This document shows positions 7,455 to 15,400 of a stretch of DNA of 32,000 nucleotides, piece after piece. The stretch lies in the NCBI GenBank assembly GCA_022646745.1, contig CP060262.1, positions 3,750,001-3,782,000 of the forward strand. The letters are read 5' to 3'. The notes beneath the pieces were generated by a model. That model saw only the letters and a list, made by a program, of their open reading frames with translations, ran no database searches and was not told where the DNA came from. This DNA comes from Planctomycetales bacterium. GTDB taxonomy: Bacteria; 4484-113; JAFGCY01. The translations under genes and the position numbers were made by a program. Each line of letters starts with the position of its first letter. Position 1 is the stretch's first letter.

Positions 7455-8429
7455 TCACTTCAGCCAAACAAGTCCATGCGCCTCGACTTTCAATGATCCA
7501 TTTGCCGTGAAATCCTCTGTACCAGGCAACGGAACTGATATGGTGTACTGCACCATGTGGGCATCCTCCCTGGCAGGGATCGTGAAACTAAACTCGGTAA
7601 TGCCTGTCTTGGCAACCGGGTAATTGAAGTAGCCTGGATCCAGAGGTTCATATCTATCGGCGTTTGCTTCCACAGTGTTGTCCTTATCAAGTTCAGGTAT
7701 ATATACCTTTACATTGTATCCAGCCCGCAGTTCCACGGGTAAGTCAAAGAGGTATTCATGTTCGATTCGAGCACTGACCTGTACGTTGCCATTCTCCAGC
7801 TGCTTATGCAAGTTAAGAATCGTGATTGGTTTTATCTTGTCTGACTGGTCCAGCACCTTGCGCAATACACCTGCGGTGTTTTCATCTATGGTTATACGGG
7901 TGATTACCTTGCCATCCTCGTTCAAAAGATAGCTTGACGGAATGAACGGAGCAAGCCTGTTCAGGGACTGCTTCACTTCCGGTTGTGATCCCATGTAAAG
8001 CACCGGATAGGCTATTCGATTGTCATCCAACTTGCTGATCAGCCCTGCAAGGTAGTCCAGGTCATCCTTGGAAACAGAGATCAGCTGGAAATCCCCACGA
8101 TGTGAAAACTGCTCATCAATGCCAATCAAGTCCGGCAACTGCCGGGTACAGGGTGCTCACCAGCTGGCTGTGAAGTTCAGCAGCGTCCATTTGCCCTGCA
8201 GGGAATCCTGGGTGAGAACTTCTCTTGAAGAAGCATCCATCCCGGTGAAATCCGGGAGTCGCAATCCAGGCGAAGGTGGGTAATTCGCTTTCAGCTTGCC
8301 ATTGAAGCTTGCCAGTTCAACCGGCAGAGGCTTTACAGGGGGATCCTGCTGGGGAAAGTAGCAGGACAGGCTGAATCCTGACAACACAAGCACTGCAACA
8401 GTGGCAATCCGGATTGTCAAGTGTTTCAT
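7455..8429 (-). CDS. Thioredoxin-fold thiol:disulfide oxidoreductase (TlpA/ResA-like) with in-frame UGA read as selenocysteine (U-A-P-C redox motif). Has a signal peptide and an extra ~150-aa C-terminal beta-rich domain.
   Basis: Track ORFs 8157..8558 and 7455..8138 are in the same frame and are separated only by TGA (8157-8159) plus 6 sense codons. The joined reading is GKWTLLNFTASW-U-APCTRQLPDLIGIDEQFSHRGDFQLISVS...YPVLYMG...IPSSYLLNEDGKVITRI. This is the canonical TlpA/ResA layout (G K . . L . N F W A . W C . P C), with TGA exactly at the first Cys of CxxC. The start is chosen at ATG 8429, with GGAG 6 nt upstream, giving MKHLTIRIATVAVLVLSGFSLSC (signal peptide, possible lipobox). TGA is used as a true stop by at least five neighbouring genes. 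Confidence 0.65.
8132..8145 (-). promoter_or_regulatory. Candidate bacterial SECIS hairpin (CCGGC-AGUU-GCCGG) 11 nt downstream of the in-frame UGA
   Basis: On the mRNA strand: UGA GCACCCUGUAC CCGGCAGUUGCCGG. This is a 5-bp all-GC/CG stem with a 4-nt loop, AGUU, that contains G and U. The stem begins after exactly 11 nt, which is the spacing reported as required for the minimal E. coli fdhF SECIS. The stem is short for a SECIS, hence the moderate confidence. Confidence 0.4.
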
Positions 8430-8688
8430 TTCACTCTCCTGCAGCTTCATACTTGTACATGGATCATTCATACCAAGTTCCAGCGCTGACGCTTCCAATG
8501 CCTGGTGCATCCCACTCGCCCGGTCCGACGGACCCCATTCGTAAATCGCCGGCTGCATTTGCCCGGCGATCTGCGAATGAACTTACAAACAGTCTGACTC
8601 GGACTCAATCATCTCCTCGCCTGTCTCAGGAGCCTTGATGATGCTGAGTGATGTATACATGCTTCAAACATTCAGCTATTGAGTTGTA

Positions 8689-11600
8689 TTAATTCGTAAC
8701 GGGATTGCCAGCCCATATACCACTGTTCCAATCCCAGTCATTCCATGCCTTGTCACTGTACCGTCGTGATTGGATTGCAAACCAGATTGTTCCTGATGGA
8801 AAATCGTTCTTAGGGATTGTAATCTGGCTGTTAGATGTAAATCCGCCTGTGTCAATCCAATCGCTCGAGTAAATATCTGGTGTAATGAAGCCTACGTAAT
8901 AAAACAGATGAAATGTACATCCATCCTTTGGATTTGGCCTGTCAAACGAAATGGTCCAGGAACTTCCGTCATCCGTGACAGTTACATTCGTACAACGATC
9001 CGGCGGCGAAGCCCAGCCGCGTGCCTGAGAGCTCTCGCCACTGTCTCCTCCGGCATTTGTAGCTTTGATCGTATAGTAGTAGTTGACCCCGTCAGAATCG
9101 GGATCCCTCGTGTAGCTACTTAGAGACGGGGTTGCAATCAAGTCTCCAAGAACACCTGCTGTGTCGGATTCGTAGACTTTATAGTTCGTTGCACCTGGTA
9201 CATCGTCCCAATCAATATCGATCGTATGACTTTGCGTGCCCTTTGTAGCTGTGACATTCACTGGGATGTCCGGAGGAACCACGATGTAGGTCCCCAGGAA
9301 TGACCCCACTGTCCTGTCAGAATCATCAATGCTGAAGCTGCGCTCCGCTGGTGAAAAGGTCCACCCTGATTTTGCGGGAGTTACCGTATAGCTCCCGTTC
9401 GGCAGACCGTCACGGATCCAGTAACCACTCCCGTTAGTCTGAACGGATGCATGGCCTCCAGTGAAGGACATCGTCACTCCTGACAACGGTGTTGTACCGT
9501 CGTCTTCGTATACGTATCCCTCTGCCGAATGGAGAAGCACCTCCTGTGCCCCCAGGAATGACCCTACTGTCCTGTCAGAACCATCAATGCTGAAGCTGCG
9601 CTCCGCTGGTGAAAAGGTCCACCCTGATTTTGCGGGAGTTACGGTGTAGCTTCCGTTAGACAGGCCGTCACGGAGCCAGTATCCACTTCCGTTCGTCTGA
9701 ACGGATGCATGGCCTCCAGTGAAGGACATCGTCACTCCTGACAACGGTGTTGTACCGTCGTCTTCGTATACGTATCCCTCTGCCGAATGGAGAATCACCT
9801 CCTGTGCGCCCAGGAATGACCCTACTGTCCTGTCAGAACCATCAATGCTGAAGCTGCGCTCCGCTGGTGAAAAGGTCCACCCTGATTTTGCGGGAGTTAC
9901 GGTGTAGCTTCCGTTAGACAGGCCGTCACGGAGCCAGTATCCACTTCCGTTCGTCTGAACGGATGCATGGCCTCCAGTGAAGGACATCGTCACTCCTGAC
10001 AACGGTGTTGTACCGTCGTCTTCGTATACGTATCCCTCTGCCGAATGGAGAATCACCTCCTGTGCGCCCAGGAATGACCCTACTGTCCTGTCAGAACCAT
10101 CAATGCTGAAGCTGCGCTCCGCTGGTGAAAAGGTCCACCCTGATTTTGCGGGAGTTACGGTGTAGCTTCCGTTAGACAGGCCGTCACGGAGCCAGTATCC
10201 ACTTCCGTTCGTCTGAACGGATGCATGGCCTCCAGTGAAGGACATCGTCACTCCTGACAACGGTGTTGTACCGTCGTCTTCGTATACGTATCCCTCCGCA
10301 ACAAATGTTGTTGGCTCATCCACGAACTCCCAATATTCAATGTGTTGCAGAGGAATCACATTGAAACACTTCTCATACTCGAACTCCAACTCGAACAACT
10401 CAAAATCGAATCCAGCACAAACATCAGTTGCCCAACTCAGTTCAGCGTTACCCTCCAATGGAGGATATGACAATTCACAATCCAGCTGAGTGAAGGGCTT
10501 CACAGAAAAATTGGGGCCTACCTTCCATACTCTGGCCTGCAGTTCAATGATCAAATATAATTGAACGAAGCCTTCTGCAGTTGCAACTATCGTCAATGGA
10601 TGATAATTGAAACTCGAGGTCACATCTGCCGAACTTACCCACGCTGGTTGCCTGCCACTGCGCCAATCAGCGCCAATGCTAAAACTACTTGTAGCATCGA
10701 ATCCGGTTGTAGCCTCAGCCTGTACCTGGCCATTGACCGTAGCACCAACATATAAGTTCAGGTCTAGATCACCAAACACTGGACCTAAACTCCAGGGGAC
10801 AGGAGGAGGAGAAGGTATTTCAATGGGTTCAGGCGAGTACTCACCTTGAATATCTACATCCGCATTGATATCTAAGTCAAGACTCACCTCACCAGCTGCT
10901 GACATTTCAAGTTCATATGGCACACCGAGAAATTTATCCACCCGGCAATACACATCAGGAGTTATCTCGAGCCGGGCATTACTCAAATAAATACTTAAGA
11001 ACTGATCTTCATACAATGATGTATCAGAAAAGTCTATTACAAGTGGGTCATTTGTCATCGACTCTCTGATCTTTGCAAAATCTTCCACCCTTACAGGCGA
11101 AATCCTGGAAACACCCTTGCCATTACCAAATACATTATTGCCTCTAAGGGGAAGCACTAGATCCCAATAGCCATCATTAATCACTTTGTTAACATCGACT
11201 GAAGACCCGCGAAACCTGAGAGAGTTGCTGTCAAGAATCTCGACTTCCTCTACGTCTACTATGAATCCATTTTCACTTGATCCCGTGCTGCCACCTCCAA
11301 ACACAATACTTTCCTCTGTGATGGCCTCATTTGAGCCTTCTAGTTCAACGTAGTACCAGCCGTTTGTGTAGCGATCGAACAAGTTTCCACTGTCCGGTCC
11401 AAGGAGTATTGCCTTTCCTGTAAGCTTTATTATGTAGTCTGTGTTACTTTCTCTTTGAATTCGTCCCTTCGAATCTATTGACATAGCACGATACTTATCG
11501 TAACCCGGCTGATTCAACTCATAGTCGATTTCCAGTGCTGGGTCATCCTTTAGAACATCACTTCTGTCAACAGTCTCTACAACCGTCCAAGTTTCAGAAC

Positions 11601-12192
11601 CATCCGCCATTGTGCCTTCAATTCGATAACTTCCTATAAAATTCTTAAAGTGAACCCCAATCGGAGTAACATCAGAAATATTTACTTCACCATTACCATC
11701 ACCGTCTGCTACCCTTGCACTAGACCAGTTTGGGTCCCCTATCTTGGCATTAAAATACACAGCAATGCGTGTGAGGTCAGCTACGTTTACTTCACCATTC
11801 AGGTCATAATCTCCAATATTTTCATATGTCCAACTAATTCTGTAATCTTGGTTGCCGGGCTGGTCACGCCATATATGCAGATCTGAGATCGCATTGACAG
11901 ATTTTTGTGATACATACCGATCAGTGCTATTCTCTCGCAGCACGGCAATTAGAGCTGATTTCAGCTCATGCATTAAATCGTCATCAAACGATTCAGTAGG
12001 GGTGAACTCCTCAATCTCACGTATAGCATCGTCCAAGATAATACCCATTTCTCCCGTATGCTGGTCTTCCAATTCTGCTGAGTGCAATGTATCCTGAGAT
12101 ATATTATTTGCTGCACCGCTTCCAAGACCACCGCATCCCGCTGTCATGCAAACTGAAATCATCATTGCAAAAAAAGATAGTTTAATCTTCAT
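8689..12192 (-). CDS. Giant cell-surface lipoprotein: dockerin-like Ca-binding repeats, a large unassigned beta-rich region, four tandem CarboxypepD_reg-like (prealbumin-fold) domains, and C-terminal FN3-like domains
   Basis: AAGGAG lies 6 nt upstream of the ATG at 12192, giving MKIKLSFFAMMISVCMTAGCGG (signal peptide plus lipobox). The track start at 12258 adds 22 unlikely residues. Dockerin-type EF-hand pairs are GDYDLNGEVNVADLTRIAVYF and DGDGNGEVNISDVTPIGVHF. The 4 x 86-aa repeat is AEGYVYEDDGTTPLSGVTMSFTGG..VQTNGSGYW.RDGL.NGSYTVTPAKSGWTFSP. An FN3-like segment reads PVNVTATKGTQSHTIDIDWDDVPGATNYKVYES...YYYTIKATNAGG. Confidence 0.8.
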   Translation of the reverse strand: MKIKLSFFAMMISVCMTAGCGGLGSGAANNISQDTLHSAELEDQHTGEMGIILDDAIREIEEFTPTESFDDDLMHELKSALIAVLRENSTDRYVSQKSVNAISDLHIWRDQPGNQDYRISWTYENIGDYDLNGEVNVADLTRIAVYFNAKIGDPNWSSARVADGDGNGEVNISDVTPIGVHFKNFIGSYRIEGTMADGSETWTVVETVDRSDVLKDDPALEIDYELNQPGYDKYRAMSIDSKGRIQRESNTDYIIKLTGKAILLGPDSGNLFDRYTNGWYYVELEGSNEAITEESIVFGGGSTGSSENGFIVDVEEVEILDSNSLRFRGSSVDVNKVINDGYWDLVLPLRGNNVFGNGKGVSRISPVRVEDFAKIRESMTNDPLVIDFSDTSLYEDQFLSIYLSNARLEITPDVYCRVDKFLGVPYELEMSAAGEVSLDLDINADVDIQGEYSPEPIEIPSPPPVPWSLGPVFGDLDLNLYVGATVNGQVQAEATTGFDATSSFSIGADWRSGRQPAWVSSADVTSSFNYHPLTIVATAEGFVQLYLIIELQARVWKVGPNFSVKPFTQLDCELSYPPLEGNAELSWATDVCAGFDFELFELEFEYEKCFNVIPLQHIEYWEFVDEPTTFVAEGYVYEDDGTTPLSGVTMSFTGGHASVQTNGSGYWLRDGLSNGSYTVTPAKSGWTFSPAERSFSIDGSDRTVGSFLGAQEVILHSAEGYVYEDDGTTPLSGVTMSFTGGHASVQTNGSGYWLRDGLSNGSYTVTPAKSGWTFSPAERSFSIDGSDRTVGSFLGAQEVILHSAEGYVYEDDGTTPLSGVTMSFTGGHASVQTNGSGYWLRDGLSNGSYTVTPAKSGWTFSPAERSFSIDGSDRTVGSFLGAQEVLLHSAEGYVYEDDGTTPLSGVTMSFTGGHASVQTNGSGYWIRDGLPNGSYTVTPAKSGWTFSPAERSFSIDDSDRTVGSFLGTYIVVPPDIPVNVTATKGTQSHTIDIDWDDVPGATNYKVYESDTAGVLGDLIATPSLSSYTRDPDSDGVNYYYTIKATNAGGDSGESSQARGWASPPDRCTNVTVTDDGSSWTISFDRPNPKDGCTFHLFYYVGFITPDIYSSDWIDTGGFTSNSQITIPKNDFPSGTIWFAIQSRRYSDKAWNDWDWNSGIWAGNPVTN
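9293..10299. repeat. Tandem direct repeat, period 258 bp, ~3.9 copies, inside the surface-protein gene
   Basis: Four antisense ORFs in the track start exactly 258 nt apart (9461, 9719, 9977, 10235) with near-identical peptides. Direct comparison of units 9551-9808 and 9809-10066 shows only isolated mismatches (e.g. gtgccccc vs gtgcgccc, agaagcac vs agaatcac). The lowest-coordinate unit (9293-9550) is more diverged in its middle. 258 = 86 codons, so the frame is preserved. Confidence 0.9.
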
Positions 12193-12277
12193 CGATTTCT
12201 CCTTGATTAAGCAATGTAAATGACTTTTCTGGTTTATAGTGAGACAATTTAGACACAATTAGACCTTCTACTTGTTA

Positions 12278-15229
12278 TCAGTTGAATACTGAGTAGTGCA
12301 ATGTCCCACCTGTCCCTACATAAATTAGTCCTGGTTGCCCAGAGACATTGAGTAAAGCCGGGTTTGGATCTGCACCAGTGGCTTCGACAATGACTTCAGC
12401 TGTGTTCCATGCGGACCCTGTTTCATCTAGAGCAGATGCTAGTAGAATCGTCTTGTTAATGTAGAATGCTATGTGGGGCACGCCGGAAATCACAGCCAAG
12501 GAAGGATTGTTGCCTTCAGGGTGAACTTGAATGGATTCTCCCCATGAACTTCCATCCTGGTCCATGGCGCGAACATAAGATACTCTTCCGAATGAAATTG
12601 CTGGATTGCCAGCAACAACATCCAGACTTAGCCTTCCTCTGCCCTCGGTCGTTGCCAATTCAACTGGCTGCGGCCACCATGCAGTACCGTCCTTGTTACT
12701 GGCACTGGTATACATTAGTTTGTACTCAATTGGACCTTCCTGCCATGGCGTACGATAAACCCAGGCAATTGATGGAGAATTGTTAATGTATTCCAGTTGA
12801 TGCTGTATGTCTTGTACATCGTAACCTAGGTTAATACTTCCGCCTGCTTCCCGTCTGTATCGCAAACCATTATCAGGGTGATTGAGAGAAGCAGCTATTG
12901 ATCCATTTATCTCGGCTGCGACAATTCCATCAGGACAGATTGCTTCTGAACCTGTTAGAAAGTCCTGTGGACTGCTCCATGTATAACCATTCTCATCAGA
13001 ACTAAATACGCGTGAAATAGTCCAATACCAATCTGGGGATCCCTTTACTGCACTAAACATAATCTCCGGGGTACCATTGACTACTGCAATTGAAGATCCT
13101 CCCTCGACTCTCCAGCCACTCCCCGTTGGCCAGACTGCCACTGAAGTTGGCACACCCCAACTTATGCCAAATTGGTCCAGGGATCTGGAATACCTAATTG
13201 TCCTTCCATAAACGTATGTGAATGCTGGTTGATCATTCACTAAACATGCATCCCATACTCCATTAGGAATCTCTTCGGAGACTTGCCTGTGGGTCCAGAT
13301 TCCACAGACTATGTCATTAGTAGCTATGTCAGCTGCATCATTGTCATCTTTGGTTCGTACAGCAACTGTGTGTACTCTGCGCTCCATGAAAGTGTGACTT
13401 TGGAGTGGATAGATCCCACTATCATCAGCATTAAACGTCCCGTCATAATCCCAATCCCATTCATAAAGCGTAATTCGACCATCTGGATCATGTGATTCCG
13501 ATGCATCAAACTGTATTGTCAGCGGAGAGCTGCCTTCATGCAGGTTACTGGTCAATGCTGCTTCGGGGGGCAGATTGCCATAGACATTTACAGAAACATT
13601 GCTGGAACCTGTAGCGCCGTAGTTGTCAGTAACAACAAGTTCAACATCGTAGGTACCGGGTGACTGATAGTCATGCCACGGCGCTGGCCCACTGTCAAAC
13701 GTGATTACTCCGTCACCAAAGTCCCAGTCATACTGTGTTATCTGACCGTCCTCATCCGAACTTCCAGTAGCATCAAAAGCTACTCGTAGGATTGACTTGC
13801 CCTCCAGGGGATCAGCAGCAAGCTCAGCTGTAGGGGATCTGTTTGCCAGTATCGAAGTTTCAATAATGCCAATATCTGTACCGTCATTATTGTCTGTCAC
13901 ACGCACAGCCGGCAAGTAGGTCCCACTATCCGAGAATTCGTGGCTGATCATTGCTTCTGTTGATGTCTCATCAGCCTGGAAAGCACCATCAAAATCCCAA
14001 TCCCACTCATATAGAACAATCTCACCATCCAGATCTGAACTCAGGCTGGCATCAAGAACCACTGCAAGTGGCGGTTCACCACTGGTCAAAGAGGCTTCTA
14101 TCACTGCAATTGGCAAACTGTTGTGGAGTTCGACCTGAGTAGTTGCTTTATGTTGAAATCCGTCGTTATCAGTAACCCTGACAGCAGGGTGATACGTTCC
14201 AAAGTTTTCGTAAGTAGTATTTGTCAAGGGCTCAGTTGTTTCGAGGTCCACTTCAAATGTACCATCATGGTCCCAGTCCCATTCATACTTTACGATACTT
14301 CCACCAACGTCCATACTCCCACTAGCATCCAGCTCCACCTGAACTGGAATCACCTCATTGACAGGGGTGGCGACCAGGTTTGCAATTGGCTTGCCAATAC
14401 TTATTGAGAGAATGTTGGAGGCTTCTCCTTCTCCCTTAGTTTTTTCATCAAACGGAACAACGTAGTATTCATACTCACCTTCGATTGCTTGTTCTGTAGT
14501 TGTATATTCGTATACAACAGGTGCATCTGGATGGTCAGGGGGAGGTCGGCTGATAGTTAACAGCATTCCTGACTCCGCAACTAACTCAGCATCCTCTTGG
14601 CCAGGGCCTCGCCGATATAGACGGTATCCGTTTAAACCCTTCTTCCAGTTAATTGCAATAGGGGTTATATCCGCAGCGTTAATTTCTCCATTGCCATCAC
14701 CATCAATACGGGCTAATCGCCAATTGTATGCTCCAGAGTCCGCGGAAGGAGATTCCAATGCTGTATCACCACCAAAGTCAGAAGGATCACCTTTTGGCCA
14801 ATGTCCCACCCCATTTTTATCCTCAGACGAGAAGTACGAAACTCCAGTTCCCAGTTTCAAGCCTAGCGGCGTCAGGTCCGAAATGTTGACTTCACCATTC
14901 TGATCATAATCACCAGCAAGTCGTTCAACCCATGTAAGCTGCACACTGAATTCATTAGACCCAGGCAACAACTTTCCTTCGAGATTAAACACACGGCTTT
15001 CCTCGCCACTGGGAGGTGATGATGGCTCTCTCTCAGGATCCTTGCCTAACCGTTTCAACTCTTGAAGTAGCAGATTTTCCATGGCAACCTGAGGCAAATT
15101 GGTCATATTGTCATTGAGAGGGGTAAGTGAATGATCTGATTGAGTTGGAGAATTGCCTTGGCAGCTAAGCAACCCCAAGGTTGCAAGGAAAAGAATAGTC
15201 GCAATTGCAAAAAACTTCGATTTGATCAT
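12278..15229 (-). CDS. Cell-surface lipoprotein: dockerin-like repeats, four PKD domains, and a C-terminal BNR/Asp-box (sialidase-like beta-propeller) region
   Basis: Signal peptide plus lipobox: MIKSKFFAIATILFLATLGLLSCQG. Dockerin-like pairs are GDYDQNGEVNISDLTPLGL and DGDGNGEINAADITPIAINW. Four ~90-aa PKD-like units read (L)DAS.S.D.DG.I..YEWD(W/F)D.DG.F........H.(Y/F)...GTY...V.VTD(N/D). At least five Asp-box-like motifs are present: SLDQFGISWG, SSDENGYTWS, SNKDGTAWW, AMDQDGSSWG, ALDETGSAWN. Confidence 0.8.
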   Translation of the reverse strand: MIKSKFFAIATILFLATLGLLSCQGNSPTQSDHSLTPLNDNMTNLPQVAMENLLLQELKRLGKDPEREPSSPPSGEESRVFNLEGKLLPGSNEFSVQLTWVERLAGDYDQNGEVNISDLTPLGLKLGTGVSYFSSEDKNGVGHWPKGDPSDFGGDTALESPSADSGAYNWRLARIDGDGNGEINAADITPIAINWKKGLNGYRLYRRGPGQEDAELVAESGMLLTISRPPPDHPDAPVVYEYTTTEQAIEGEYEYYVVPFDEKTKGEGEASNILSISIGKPIANLVATPVNEVIPVQVELDASGSMDVGGSIVKYEWDWDHDGTFEVDLETTEPLTNTTYENFGTYHPAVRVTDNDGFQHKATTQVELHNSLPIAVIEASLTSGEPPLAVVLDASLSSDLDGEIVLYEWDWDFDGAFQADETSTEAMISHEFSDSGTYLPAVRVTDNNDGTDIGIIETSILANRSPTAELAADPLEGKSILRVAFDATGSSDEDGQITQYDWDFGDGVITFDSGPAPWHDYQSPGTYDVELVVTDNYGATGSSNVSVNVYGNLPPEAALTSNLHEGSSPLTIQFDASESHDPDGRITLYEWDWDYDGTFNADDSGIYPLQSHTFMERRVHTVAVRTKDDNDAADIATNDIVCGIWTHRQVSEEIPNGVWDACLVNDQPAFTYVYGRTIRYSRSLDQFGISWGVPTSVAVWPTGSGWRVEGGSSIAVVNGTPEIMFSAVKGSPDWYWTISRVFSSDENGYTWSSPQDFLTGSEAICPDGIVAAEINGSIAASLNHPDNGLRYRREAGGSINLGYDVQDIQHQLEYINNSPSIAWVYRTPWQEGPIEYKLMYTSASNKDGTAWWPQPVELATTEGRGRLSLDVVAGNPAISFGRVSYVRAMDQDGSSWGESIQVHPEGNNPSLAVISGVPHIAFYINKTILLASALDETGSAWNTAEVIVEATGADPNPALLNVSGQPGLIYVGTGGTLHYSVFN

Positions 15230-15400
15230 TTAAGTTAACCCACCTGACTCGTGTACTCTTATAAGCAATTGACAGCCTCTGAATAAGCGGAATGCATTCC
15301 CGCTACAAAACTGAACGCTTTAAGGGTGGGTAAAATGAGATAAATTTGATTAAATCAAAGTAAAATTTCCAGATTCATCGATCAAGATTCGGACATATTT

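Noticed and set aside
7455-8558. Alternative readings of the TGA-split thioredoxin gene: two separate genes, a pseudogene, or a TGA-sense genetic code
   Set aside because: The second fragment would need a TTG start with no RBS and would begin in the middle of a thioredoxin fold. The TGA falls exactly on the catalytic Cys column. TGA is a genuine stop for several neighbouring genes, which argues against code 4 or 25. A pseudogene or sequencing error cannot be fully excluded and is listed as the refutation test. The upstream extension 8430..8558 was dropped because ATG 8429 has a GGAG RBS and starts a signal peptide.
9461-10489. Four regularly spaced plus-strand ORFs with near-identical 62-aa peptides; possible CRISPR-like or gene-family array
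   Set aside because: The 258-bp period has no unique spacers. The units are contiguous and lie antisense to a well-supported 1167-aa gene whose protein shows the same 86-aa domain repeat. They are shadow ORFs of a coding tandem repeat, not a CRISPR array.
12193-12258. Longer start (12258) for the giant surface-protein ORF
   Set aside because: The 22 extra residues (MCLNCLTINQKSHLHCLIKEKS) precede a perfect AAGGAG-N6-ATG and a canonical lipoprotein signal peptide starting at 12192.
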